DNA of 64,000 bases from an uncultured Pseudomonadales bacterium (GCA_964406075.1 CAYOQI010000002.1:160565-224564), one strand, 5' to 3'; numbered from the stretch's first letter, positions 1 through 9,614 are shown. The notes: generated by a model from the sequence alone, not told the origin. Translations and numbers: made by a program.

Positions 1-531
1 CAATACCTGAATGAGCTCAAATCTTTGTTCTTTTGTTAAGTTTTGAGAACTCGTTTTATGTTCCTGAGCAAACGCTTCAACAGCATCTTGGATTTCTTGC
101 AATGACAATGTTCTCAACTGTTCAGTAGATGATTTTCCCACTGAGTCAGTTGCTGTAAACATTTCTAATTGTGAAGAAATATTTTTAAAATATGATGTAT
201 CAAAGTTTAAACAGATTGAAGCAATATATTTTCCTTGCTCGTTTTTAATACCAATCGAAGTTGACTTTAGTATTTTCCCGTTTGGAAGAATATTTTGATA
301 GTTCTGCAGTACATCAGGAAAATCAGCATTAACTGCTCTTTCTAAACCTATGTTTGTTGTAGAATCACCAACTTTACGACCAGAAAAGTTATTCTCTATC
401 GCGATAATGGCGTTCTTAGGATTACGCAAGTCATGAAGTACGACCTCACAAAAAGGCGCAAACATTTTTCCCAATGCGTGTGTAATTTTTTTACCTTCTT
501 TAAGAAGATGATCCTCATATTTCTTATTCAT
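1..531 (-). CDS. YheO-like PAS-domain transcriptional regulator (C-terminal part outside window)
   Basis: Not in the ORF track because it runs off the window edge. My minus-strand translation from ATG at 531..529 gives MNKKYEDHLLKEGKKITHALGKMFAPFCEVVLHDLRNPKNAIIAIENNFSGRKVGDSTTNIGLERAV... This resembles the YheO N-terminal pattern (CE[IV]VLH, GRK[IV]G) as I remember it. Confidence 0.55.
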   Translation of the reverse strand, partial: MNKKYEDHLLKEGKKITHALGKMFAPFCEVVLHDLRNPKNAIIAIENNFSGRKVGDSTTNIGLERAVNADFPDVLQNYQNILPNGKILKSTSIGIKNEQGKYIASICLNFDTSYFKNISSQLEMFTATDSVGKSSTEQLRTLSLQEIQDAVEAFAQEHKTSSQNLTKEQRFELIQVL

Positions 532-691
532 AAGGAAATTATAACTGAATTTTTACATTTTGTAAATATTTAACTAAATGTAGTACGTTAATTTTTGCGT
601 TTTGGTTAATATCAAATCATTATCCTATAACTTGATTTATCTCGGCTTCTCTGATATTATAGGACGTTCAAAATTGGTCAAGGTAAGCATT

Positions 692-3600
692 ATGAAAATA
701 GGCATAATAGAAGGAATAAAAACGCGATTTAATCGCGAAAAAAAAACGACACATTCTTCAGATGACATAAAATACCAAGTGCCTTCAAAGAATACCCAAT
801 TTGTTTTTTCAGCTCTCGCCTTAACATTAGTTACACTATTTGCCTGCTGGTGGTTTCGTCCCATTCACTTACCTCAAAATTTTACTGGTATTGCAAGAAT
901 ATTTGATGTTATTCTTTTTCTTCTAGTGAGTTTTATTATTTTTCACCCCATCATTATGGAGGTGCTTACTTGGTTAATTTCTTCCCATATTAAAGAAGTT
1001 GATCAAGAATCTCCTGCTCCAGGATTAAGAGTCGCATTTATCACCACCATTGTTCCCGCAAGTGAGTCATTAGAACTATTACATAAATGTCTGCCAGCAA
1101 TGATACTGGCTGACTATCCACACGATACCTGGCTTTTAGACGAGGGAAATAGTGAAGAAGTAAAAAAAATCTGTGAACTATATGGTGTCAATCATTTTAG
1201 TAGACACGGAAACACTGGCTACAACACTAAAGTGGGAAAGTTCACACGAACAAAAGGTGGCAATCATAATTCTTGGTATGATGCGTTTGGAAACGACTAC
1301 GATGTGGTTGCACAAATTGATACAGACTTCGTACCAGAAACATCTTTTTTAACAAAAACACTTGGATATTTTAATGATGCTCAAGTTGCTTTTGTGGGAA
1401 CTCCTCAAATTTATGGCAATACTGAAAATTCTCTAATCGCTCGTGGTGCGGCTGAACAGCAGTACAACTTTTATGGCTCAGTGTTGCGAGGGTTAAGTGG
1501 AATGGGTGTCACACTCTTAATCGGTGCAAACCATGTAATCCGAGTGTCAGCATTAAAAGATGTTGATCACTACAGTGCTCATATCACTGAAGATTTACTT
1601 ACTGGAATGAAACTTCATAGCAAAGGCTGGAAAAGTGTGTATTTACCGTATGCTTTAGCAATTGGAGAAGGTCCTAACTCTTGGGAATCCTACTTTAACC
1701 AACAAATGCGGTGGGCCTATGGATGCATGGATATTTTATTCAACCACAGTGGTAAATTGTTCAAGAAAATGAATTTGCGCTGTAAAATGTACTACTTCTT
1801 TTTACAGCAACATTATTTCTCTGGTATTGCCATGGCATTGAGTATTATTTTATTGAATCTTTATTTTTTTAGTGGATTAAGAGCAGCTGATGTAGATTTT
1901 TTCAGATTTTTTGTTTTTTACTCATTCGTGCTTTTAACTAGCTGGTTAATGTCGGTCTGGTTACAGCATTATCACATTCAGCGTGAAGATGAAGGTTCCT
2001 TACTCTTGGCCGGATCCATTATTAATGTGGCAGCCTGGCCTATTTGGTTTATTGCATTTATTAGTGTTTTAATACGCAAACGCCTAACTTACAAAGTTAC
2101 TCCAAAGGGTGAGCAAAAAAACTCAAGCTCATCCTTATTAAAAGTATTTTTCCCTCATCTTCTTTTTGGATCAGTTGCAGGTATGGGATTAATAGCTTCC
2201 CTATTTACTCATTGGCAAAGTCCCGCAATGATCTTCTGGGCAGTGAGTTCTATGTTGTTGATGTTATTTGTTCCTTTTGCTCAACGTATTGAACAGACTC
2301 TAACGAAGTGGTCCACAAAGGTAAGTAATTACTTGCGAAAAAAACTTGAATCATCAACAGAATTAGCTACACACCACACTCCAATTCAAACAGAAACTGA
2401 AATCAACCAAGTGGAAAGTAAAGAAGTGGAGAGGGAGAATATATTTGGAAAATATACGGCACTTATCGATTCAATATATATCGGACTGACCGTGATTGCA
2501 TCAGTAATCCTCTACGTAGGTAGGATAGGATTTTATAGTGACGACTGGTCATTTTTAGGAAATTTTCACTTATCCCGTGACCAATCTTTGTGGGGACTGA
2601 TTCAAACTGCTACCACTCCGAATACGTTCATGCGTCCTGTTCAAAACATCTATGATGCAGTGTTGTATTGGCTTTTTGGAACTCAACCTTTGGGATATCA
2701 TCTGGTCAATACCACTGTATTAATCGCCATAGCAGTACTGTTTTACTTTGTTTTGCGTCAGCTGAAATTACCTCGGATAATTACGATAGCTTTGCCATTG
2801 GTCTATATATTACTTCCTCATTATTCTACTGACCGTTTTTGGTTCGCCTCGTTCCAAGTCAATTTGAGTATGTTGCTCTATTTCTTTAGTTTATATGCAG
2901 GACTTCGAGCTCTGGCTGTACAGACTGTCAGAAAAATGACATGGAAATTTTTCAGTCTTCTGAGCGTGTTTCTCAGCATATTGAGTTATGAGGTGGTTGT
3001 GCCGTTATTTTTATTAAATGTTCTGTTGTACTGGAAACCTATTGCTCGATTGAAAAGTAAAAATTCTGCACACCAAAACAACGCCGTATTTATTCTATTG
3101 AATTTTATTTCCCTCTCATATGTACTACTTTTTAAAGCCAAAACCACGATCCGTCTAAGTTCTGGATCAGATGAGAATTTCATTCTCTATGTGATAAATA
3201 TGCTCACATCGGCATTCCAAGTAAACTACGGCACTTTAGGAGTACATCTTCCCCGAACTGTATGGAATATTATTGAGCACTACTCAGATACCAATATCCT
3301 TCTGTTTGGAATTATGTTGGGTATCAGCATCTTTTGTTACCTTTTGTTTTCGGTTTCAGAAATAACTTCTTATCTGCCTAGTAAAAAATGGCTGACATCG
3401 CTCGTTATTTTTAGTTTCGTTGTTTTCTTTCTTGGATATGCCATTTTCATTAGTAACAGGAATGTAGGTTTTTCACCGACTGGTGTATCCAACCGCGTCG
3501 CACATGCCGCTGCTATAGGAGTCGCGTGTTCAATCGTGGGCGGAATTGGGTTGATTAGTAAATTTTTACGTTTCGAACTATTGTCGAAGATGCTTTTTTC

Positions 3601-4093
3601 CGCTTTCATCGGATTCGTCTGTAGCCTTGGATTCATTACCACAAATTCACTTGCAGTTTTTTGGATCGACGCTCATGAGCAACAACAAATTGTGTTGTCT
3701 GATATACGCCAACACGTTCCGATCATTCCTTCGAATAGCACACTCATACTTGATGCTGTGTGTCCTTATATTGGGCCTGCTAGTGTATTTGAAGCACAAT
3801 GGGATATAACTGGCGCATTGCAGATACAGTACAATGATCCTACTTTACAGGCGAATGTCGTGAGTCCTAGATTAGAAGTTAAAGAAGAAGGTCTTCACAC
3901 CACCATTTACCATTTCACTCAAACGTATCCATACTATCCTTATAACAATCTGTTTATTTATAACTTTAAAAGTAAAGACCTGTACCCACTCTTTGATGCT
4001 GAAACTGCCAATAACTACTTTCAACACATTAACCCCCAGTTCACGAGTAATTGTCCTGAAGGAACTGAAGGTCATGGGGTGAGCATCCTTTAA
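692..4093 (+). CDS. Fusion glycosyltransferase: N-terminal processive GT2 (cellulose-synthase-like) plus C-terminal multi-TM GT-C-like domain
   Basis: ORF 602..4093. ATG at 692 (MKIGIIEG) is preferred over TTG at 602. GT2 motifs are DTDF, HITEDLLTG (TED) and FNQQMRWAYG (QxxRW). The C-terminal ~650 aa has many hydrophobic helices and an acidic first-loop motif, FYSDDWSF. Confidence 0.8.
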   Translation: MKIGIIEGIKTRFNREKKTTHSSDDIKYQVPSKNTQFVFSALALTLVTLFACWWFRPIHLPQNFTGIARIFDVILFLLVSFIIFHPIIMEVLTWLISSHIKEVDQESPAPGLRVAFITTIVPASESLELLHKCLPAMILADYPHDTWLLDEGNSEEVKKICELYGVNHFSRHGNTGYNTKVGKFTRTKGGNHNSWYDAFGNDYDVVAQIDTDFVPETSFLTKTLGYFNDAQVAFVGTPQIYGNTENSLIARGAAEQQYNFYGSVLRGLSGMGVTLLIGANHVIRVSALKDVDHYSAHITEDLLTGMKLHSKGWKSVYLPYALAIGEGPNSWESYFNQQMRWAYGCMDILFNHSGKLFKKMNLRCKMYYFFLQQHYFSGIAMALSIILLNLYFFSGLRAADVDFFRFFVFYSFVLLTSWLMSVWLQHYHIQREDEGSLLLAGSIINVAAWPIWFIAFISVLIRKRLTYKVTPKGEQKNSSSSLLKVFFPHLLFGSVAGMGLIASLFTHWQSPAMIFWAVSSMLLMLFVPFAQRIEQTLTKWSTKVSNYLRKKLESSTELATHHTPIQTETEINQVESKEVERENIFGKYTALIDSIYIGLTVIASVILYVGRIGFYSDDWSFLGNFHLSRDQSLWGLIQTATTPNTFMRPVQNIYDAVLYWLFGTQPLGYHLVNTTVLIAIAVLFYFVLRQLKLPRIITIALPLVYILLPHYSTDRFWFASFQVNLSMLLYFFSLYAGLRALAVQTVRKMTWKFFSLLSVFLSILSYEVVVPLFLLNVLLYWKPIARLKSKNSAHQNNAVFILLNFISLSYVLLFKAKTTIRLSSGSDENFILYVINMLTSAFQVNYGTLGVHLPRTVWNIIEHYSDTNILLFGIMLGISIFCYLLFSVSEITSYLPSKKWLTSLVIFSFVVFFLGYAIFISNRNVGFSPTGVSNRVAHAAAIGVACSIVGGIGLISKFLRFELLSKMLFSAFIGFVCSLGFITTNSLAVFWIDAHEQQQIVLSDIRQHVPIIPSNSTLILDAVCPYIGPASVFEAQWDITGALQIQYNDPTLQANVVSPRLEVKEEGLHTTIYHFTQTYPYYPYNNLFIYNFKSKDLYPLFDAETANNYFQHINPQFTSNCPEGTEGHGVSIL

Positions 4094-4117
4094 TACGTTA
4101 AATTAGACACATCAATC

Positions 4118-5122
4118 ATGATTTCTGCATTGAAAAACATTTCCAAAAAAAAACTCGCACTCATCGGAATTGCCATTGTCTTCCTTACTATATTCATTCT
4201 GTACACAGTTTCCCCTTCACGACATATCACTACTGGTGCATGGACTGAAGGACTTTTTGATGCCACCGACCAATCATTACATCCCGAAAAACTGCTCGAA
4301 CTAGAAGAGTTAGTTGGCCACAAATTTTCGATTGCACATTACTATCGTGGGTGGGAAGCGTTAGCTGATCCGAATCTTATAGCCGAGTTTGAACTGCTTC
4401 GAAGTCATGGCTGGGAACCGATGCTCAATGTGAATCCATACTTTTTTCAGGAATGCGTTCATTCAGATGCAACTTTGTACAAAGCTATTGCACGCGGAGA
4501 TTGCGATCAGTTTCTACGTACTGCGGGAAAAAATTTAAGTCAAATTAACCAACCTTTTTATCTCTTGTTTGCATGGGAGATGAACAACCGTGATCTTGAA
4601 TGGAGTATCAATTATAGTGGGAGCACGCCAAGCGAGTTTGTTTCTGCTTGGCAACGTATACACACAATTTTCAAAGAAGAAGACGCCACAAATATTGTGT
4701 GGGTGTTTAGTCCCAACACAGAAGATAGTACAAGTGTTTCATATAGTGAACTCTACCCTGGTGATGATTTTGTCGACTGGATTGGGATAGATGGATACAA
4801 TTGGGGAAGTACCCAATCTTGGAGTCAATGGAAAAGTTTTGCAGAAGTCTTTACACCTTCTTACGAACATTTGGTAAGGATTGCTCCTGATAAACCTTTG
4901 ATGATTGCTGAAGTAAATACAACTGATCAGGGTGGTAACAAAAGCGCTTGGTACACAGATATGTTTCTAAAACAAATCCCTTATCACTTTCCTAAAATAC
5001 AAGCCATCATCATCTATAACGAAGATCGAACTCCAAGCGAAAAAGTAAACTGGAAGATAGACATTACTCCAGAATCCTTATCTGCATTTTCTTCAGGGAT
5101 AAATTCCAAATACTATCGGTAA
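4118..5122 (+). CDS. Membrane-anchored glycoside hydrolase, GH26-like (beta-mannanase/glucanase family)
   Basis: 334-aa ORF 25 nt after the synthase with an N-terminal TM helix. Motifs LLFAWEMNN, NIVWVFSPN, YPGDDFVDWIGIDGYNWG and KPLMIAEVNT fit the GH26 pattern as I remember it. Confidence 0.65.
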   Translation: MISALKNISKKKLALIGIAIVFLTIFILYTVSPSRHITTGAWTEGLFDATDQSLHPEKLLELEELVGHKFSIAHYYRGWEALADPNLIAEFELLRSHGWEPMLNVNPYFFQECVHSDATLYKAIARGDCDQFLRTAGKNLSQINQPFYLLFAWEMNNRDLEWSINYSGSTPSEFVSAWQRIHTIFKEEDATNIVWVFSPNTEDSTSVSYSELYPGDDFVDWIGIDGYNWGSTQSWSQWKSFAEVFTPSYEHLVRIAPDKPLMIAEVNTTDQGGNKSAWYTDMFLKQIPYHFPKIQAIIIYNEDRTPSEKVNWKIDITPESLSAFSSGINSKYYR

Positions 5123-5151
5123 TGATTTAACCGAATAACAATATCTATTTA

Positions 5152-5180
5152 TTGACAAACGATAAATGATGAACTAAAAT
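5152..5180 (+). promoter_or_regulatory. Sigma-70-type promoter (TTGACA, 17 nt spacer, TAAAAT)
   Basis: TTGACA at 5152..5157 and TAAAAT at 5175..5180, about 33 nt upstream of ATG 5213. Confidence 0.5.
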
Positions 5181-5212
5181 AGCCGTATCTCTATATCACT
5201 GAGGGACTGCTT

Positions 5213-5689
5213 ATGAAACAAGGTTCAACATTATTTTTAAAATCAGTTATCTGTCTTATCGCGTTTGTGACCGCTGCTGGTTTGCTGTGGTTTCCTCAAA
5301 CTGAAGGAAGAGCTGCAAACTTAGATCTGATCAGTATTTATGCTGATCCGCTTATTCTCTACGTTTATATCGGTTCAATTCCCTTTTTTGTTGGGTTATT
5401 CCAAGCATTCAAATTATTAAACTTCATTGAAGCAAATAAAGCCTTTTCCCAAGGTGCCGTAAATTCACTGAAAAATATAAAATTTGCAGCACTCAGTCTT
5501 ATCGGTTTTATTGCATTGGCACTGATTTTTATCCGTTTATTTGCACAAGGTGATGATCCAGCCGGTCCAACAATGCTTGGAATTCTGGTATCCTTCGCAG
5601 TCGCTTCTATTGGAACCGCTGCTGCAGTGTTTCAAAAATTGTTCCAAAATGCAGTCGATATGAAGTCAGAAAATGATTTAACAGTCTAA
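5213..5689 (+). CDS. DUF2975-like multi-TM membrane protein
   Basis: 158 aa with 4 predicted TM helices. It lies immediately upstream of a YozG-type HTH gene, which is the usual DUF2975/HTH pairing. Confidence 0.6.
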   Translation: MKQGSTLFLKSVICLIAFVTAAGLLWFPQTEGRAANLDLISIYADPLILYVYIGSIPFFVGLFQAFKLLNFIEANKAFSQGAVNSLKNIKFAALSLIGFIALALIFIRLFAQGDDPAGPTMLGILVSFAVASIGTAAAVFQKLFQNAVDMKSENDLTV

Positions 5690-5698
5690 AAGGAATGT

Positions 5699-5911
5699 AT
5701 GGGAATTATTATCAACATTGATGTTATGCTCGCCAAACGAAAAATGAGCGTCACCGAACTGACAGAAAAGGTCGGGATTACGATGGCAAATCTTTCCATC
5801 TTAAAAAATGGCAAAGCCAAAGCCGTTCGCTTCTCTACATTGGAAGCCATTTGCAAAGCGTTGGATTGTCAGCCCGGGGATATTCTCGAATATGAAGCCA
5901 ATAAAAAATAA
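5699..5911 (+). CDS. XRE-family helix-turn-helix transcriptional regulator (YozG-like)
   Basis: 70 aa. MSVTELTEKVGITMANLSILKNGKAKAVRFSTLEAICKALDCQPGDILEY is a typical Cro/C1 HTH of the YozG subfamily. Confidence 0.85.
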   Translation: MGIIINIDVMLAKRKMSVTELTEKVGITMANLSILKNGKAKAVRFSTLEAICKALDCQPGDILEYEANKK

Positions 5912-5930
5912 CTCAGTATAGTGCACAATC

Positions 5931-5967
5931 CCTGCCTACCGGCAGGCAGGCCGCCGACGGAGGCGGG
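5931..5967. repeat. GC palindrome copy 1 (CCTGCCTACCGGCAGGCAGG) followed by hairpin CCGCC-GACGGA-GGCGG
   Basis: The 20-bp core at 5931..5950 recurs at 13970, 49098 and 49296. A second GC hairpin lies at 5951..5966. No U-tract follows on the + strand. Confidence 0.85.
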
Positions 5968-6015
5968 ACAAAAAAGTAACAAGTAATCTTACTCAGCATT
6001 AGAAAAAGGATACAT

Positions 6016-6270
6016 ATGAAAACGAACACGACCAAAAGATTAGGAATGTGGGCAGCGCTCGTAGCTAGCATACTCATGCTCCCGCTTCTGGCAAATGCAC
6101 CATGGACTATCAGTGATTTTATTTTTGCTGGAGTCGTACTTTTTGGCTCTGCCTCTGTGTACGAATTTACGACAAAAAATATGAATAATAAGACACATCG
6201 AATGGTCGTTGGAATTGGAGTATTAACCGTTGTATTGCTTATTTGGGCTTGGGCAGTTGCTGGTCCTTAA
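6016..6270 (+). CDS. Small membrane protein (paralog of 6354..6659)
   Basis: 84 aa with 2-3 TM helices. It shares the W..SDFI..G..L.G / L.IWAW.AV pattern with the next ORF. Confidence 0.5.
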   Translation: MKTNTTKRLGMWAALVASILMLPLLANAPWTISDFIFAGVVLFGSASVYEFTTKNMNNKTHRMVVGIGVLTVVLLIWAWAVAGP

Positions 6271-6353
6271 CGTTTACGAATGACTTGTATAATATGCCCC
6301 TCTTTTGTGAGAGACATTAGAAAACTTGCAAAATATTACTACTGGAGAATTTT

Positions 6354-6659
6354 ATGAAAAACCAAAATACAAGTATTTTTATGCAAAATAAAGACATCGT
6401 CAGTATATTGCTGGGAACTGGACTTGTTCTCTTGATTCCTTTCGTCGCAATGCAAGTCACAAATGAAGTGAATTGGGACGAATCAGATTTCATCGTCATC
6501 GGCGCACTTTTACTCGGAATGGGAATGGTATTTGTGTTCTTAACGCGTACATTTCAAAACAGCACTCAGAGAGCGTTCATTGCTCTCGGAGTTATCGCAA
6601 TCACACTCTATATTTGGGCAGAGCTGGCTGTAGGTATTTTTACAAACTGGGGAAGTTAA
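6354..6659 (+). CDS. Small membrane protein (paralog of 6016..6270)
   Basis: 101 aa. NWDESDFIVIGALLLG and LYIWAELAVG align with the upstream paralog. Confidence 0.5.
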   Translation: MKNQNTSIFMQNKDIVSILLGTGLVLLIPFVAMQVTNEVNWDESDFIVIGALLLGMGMVFVFLTRTFQNSTQRAFIALGVIAITLYIWAELAVGIFTNWGS

Positions 6660-6664
6660 AAGTA

Positions 6665-7111
6665 TTACTTCACAGCCTTCTTCACCAGTTCAGCAATTTT
6701 TGTTTCTTCGGTAGCCGTTAATTTTTTCAATGCAAAAGCAGTTGACCACATATTCCCGTCATCGAGTTTAGCTAAGTCGTTGAACCCAAACGTGGCGTAT
6801 CGTGCTTCAAATTTACTGGCCGCTTGGAAGAAACAGATCACTTTCCCATCTTTATTTGCGTACGCGGGCATCCCGTACCAAGTTTTTGGCATCAGGTCAG
6901 GAGCGTTCTTTGTTACAATCTCATGAATTTTTTGGGCGAGAACACGATCTGATTCTTACATCTCAGCAATGGCATCTAAAAGCACTTTTTCACCTTGAGC
7001 TCGATTTTTACTTATTTTTTTCTCAGCTAAGAGCTCTTTAGCACGAGCTTTCATCGCTGCTCGCTCTTCTTCTGAAAATCCCTCGAACTTTTTTTTAGTA
7101 TTGGATGGCAT
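6665..7111 (-). pseudogene. DUF1801/YdhG-like protein interrupted by one in-frame TAA
   Basis: Reading from ATG 7111 gives MPSNTKKKFEGFSEEERAAMKARAKELLAEKKISKNRAQGEKVLLDAIAEM-TAA(6958..6956)[58 protein letters not shown]... The frame is unchanged across the stop. RBS AAGGAG lies upstream of 7111. Confidence 0.7.
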
Positions 7112-7331
7112 ATTAAACTCCTTTTAATTCAGTCAAAGTATATCAAAGATGTTTGTTCCAACCAGAGAGTATTTTCTTGAAGCTTCGATACAATACGCGC
7201 ACAATGACTGAAATAAATTCAATCAAAAAATCTCCGACGGCACCGCTCCACAGAAAAATTGCACACTCCCTTTCCACAGCTACCAAATTCAGTTACACTC
7301 GTTACATTAACATAGAGGAACAGGGAAACTA

Positions 7332-9614
7332 ATGGATACAGAATCCTCAAAATCCGCACATGATCTCAGCCTGCCAGCAATAAAAACTGTAGAGGTTGGG
7401 AATAGCCAACTACCCCTACCTTCAGCTACGAAGCACGAACGGGAAGAAACATCCGATGAGGCACTCTCATTTAATCCTGCAACAGAAATTAAAGTTGCAC
7501 ATCAACTAGTTAAGTCAGAATTAATTGCCGGTGGCGTTGAGTCCGATAAAATTAGTCGTGGTGAAATTAGAGAATCTACAATTTTGTATCTTGTTTACTG
7601 GTTTTATCGACTTCGTAATAACAACCAAGAGCAAGACAGAATTGGTCGTCATTTAATTGAATATATTGGAAAGGCAACGAGTGATCCAAACAGTTTAGCT
7701 GTTAATCTGGTTACGAATGTAGAACTACAAAAGGTAGCTAAAAAATACGTCGAGACGTTAATGATATCTCAGAAGACTGTTGATTTGGTGATTACTCCTG
7801 TCGGTTCAGAAGATAGTCAGGATAAAACCTTTCTCGCTATGCAACGAAGTTATTATCCTTTTGGCTTAGCTCTCCCTGGTGGTTTTATTAAAGATACCGA
7901 TGAAACAAATAATTTAGATGTTACCCCTGAGCTGTTTGCAGCCTTACGAATTGCCGGCGAAAAAGTGCTGGGTTTAGGCACTAATGCTGTTTACGAAAAG
8001 AGCGTCGATGCAAAAGGCCAAGCGTGTTTTATCGTTCATGGAGAAACTAGCCCTCCTTTAGTCCGTCTCTATCTTGAAGACATAGGAAGATTTCATTTTC
8101 GGGAAAATGTTAAAGCGACCTTTAGGCCTTCTGACCCTCGGCATGTTGTCGATACCATTGGTTTTAAGTGCGAAATTGAAGGTGAACCAGTAAGCGGCTT
8201 TTCATGGCAAAATAAAAACGCTGTCATGGATTCCGAAAAGCTCAATGGTGGCTTTGCATTGGGTCATCACAGAGAAATAGTTGCTCAGGTTACCAGTCGT
8301 AGTACTGTTGAAAAGGAACAGCAAATAAATGAAACAGAGTTCATTCGTGGTTTGATTCAAAATCCCTTAGAGCGTTACAACGAATTGAAAAAGCGTTTTG
8401 AAGCGAATGGCAACTCAGATGAGACTAACTTCCCAGAGTTATTCCCAGTTGTGGATCAGTTATTCAAAGGAATGTTTAGTGACGAAATTAACACAATGTG
8501 TAAAAAAGATCGAAGCTTAAAAGGGATTAGAGATAAAACCGTTATACATATTCGTCAGACAATATTAAAGGATGCTGGGGTTGTTCTTCCCTATCGCCCA
8601 ACTATTGATGCTATTGCACACGCTGTGGCTTTTTTCGATTTAGTAGCTCGAAATAAGAGGGATTTTTATGATTCACTCCCTTCTGACAGTATCATTGAAC
8701 ATAATCCTCGAGATACGAAGAATGCTTCCTATCATATGTATCGCTACGAACATCGTCTGAACAGTTTAAAAGCGATGCTCCCTCATGAGATCATTATTCC
8801 GACATTTGAGTCCCTTTCCGCAACTGATCTTTTGAAAGTTCGGAGCGTGCCAATTCGATTTTTGGGTATCAGTACTGACTTTCTGTACGTTGATGAATTT
8901 GAACAGTCACCTGAAGAATTCATGATGCACGATGCAAATCACTCCTGGCGTATGGCACAAGAAGACTTGAATGTCATGGAAGAGCGCGGCTGGACACGAG
9001 AACAATTAGTAGCAGAATCTACTGCTTTTAGTCAGGAATATTTAGCAAAAATAAAAATTCTCAAAACTGATAGCGAAGAGCAAAGAGAAATGAAAAAACT
9101 TAAAAAAATTATTCTGTTTGAGATTGTACATGAAGATGCTCGCCCATTCTTAAAAGACATAGTATGTAAGTATGTTCAGCAACAAGAAGGCGGTCATGTA
9201 CCTTTTTCAGTTCCCTTTGTAGATAAGAATACCGGATACATGAATATGGTAAAAACACTTGACACGGGTATCAGCACTTTATCTTATGTAAGAAACAAAC
9301 TCCAACATGGTTTTTATGATCAAGTTGATGCCCAGTTACCTCAAATTGTTGATCCCAAATACCGAACTGCTCGTTGGATTGCTAAAGCCGCGTATGACAT
9401 GCTTGTTGAATTAAATGCTTTACCAGTGGAAGGCGCTGAGGTGGACGAGTCAGGCCATGTTTCTTTTGAATGGTTGTTACGTCGAACGTGCGCCGTAGGG
9501 CCTGATAATGTACATGAAGCAACAATGGAAGATCCTGATGTTGGTGAATATGGTGATAAAGCTATTGTGAACTTGAAGCGCTATCAAATGATGAGTGAGA
9601 AATCACCATCATAA
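7332..9614 (+). CDS. Large hypothetical protein with a central degenerate Nudix-like segment
   Basis: 760-aa uninterrupted ORF. YPFGLALPGGFIKDTDE...ALRIAGEKVLGL resembles a decayed Nudix box (GX5EX7REUXEEXGU). I do not recognise the C-terminal ~430 aa. Confidence 0.7.
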   Translation: MDTESSKSAHDLSLPAIKTVEVGNSQLPLPSATKHEREETSDEALSFNPATEIKVAHQLVKSELIAGGVESDKISRGEIRESTILYLVYWFYRLRNNNQEQDRIGRHLIEYIGKATSDPNSLAVNLVTNVELQKVAKKYVETLMISQKTVDLVITPVGSEDSQDKTFLAMQRSYYPFGLALPGGFIKDTDETNNLDVTPELFAALRIAGEKVLGLGTNAVYEKSVDAKGQACFIVHGETSPPLVRLYLEDIGRFHFRENVKATFRPSDPRHVVDTIGFKCEIEGEPVSGFSWQNKNAVMDSEKLNGGFALGHHREIVAQVTSRSTVEKEQQINETEFIRGLIQNPLERYNELKKRFEANGNSDETNFPELFPVVDQLFKGMFSDEINTMCKKDRSLKGIRDKTVIHIRQTILKDAGVVLPYRPTIDAIAHAVAFFDLVARNKRDFYDSLPSDSIIEHNPRDTKNASYHMYRYEHRLNSLKAMLPHEIIIPTFESLSATDLLKVRSVPIRFLGISTDFLYVDEFEQSPEEFMMHDANHSWRMAQEDLNVMEERGWTREQLVAESTAFSQEYLAKIKILKTDSEEQREMKKLKKIILFEIVHEDARPFLKDIVCKYVQQQEGGHVPFSVPFVDKNTGYMNMVKTLDTGISTLSYVRNKLQHGFYDQVDAQLPQIVDPKYRTARWIAKAAYDMLVELNALPVEGAEVDESGHVSFEWLLRRTCAVGPDNVHEATMEDPDVGEYGDKAIVNLKRYQMMSEKSPS

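Noticed and set aside
7156-7168. Shared motif TTCC(A/G)ACCAGAGA upstream of two minus-strand genes (also 10157..10169)
   Set aside because: It is only an 11/12-nt match. Thousands of such pairs are expected by chance in 64 kb, and its spacing to the -10 box differs by 4 nt.
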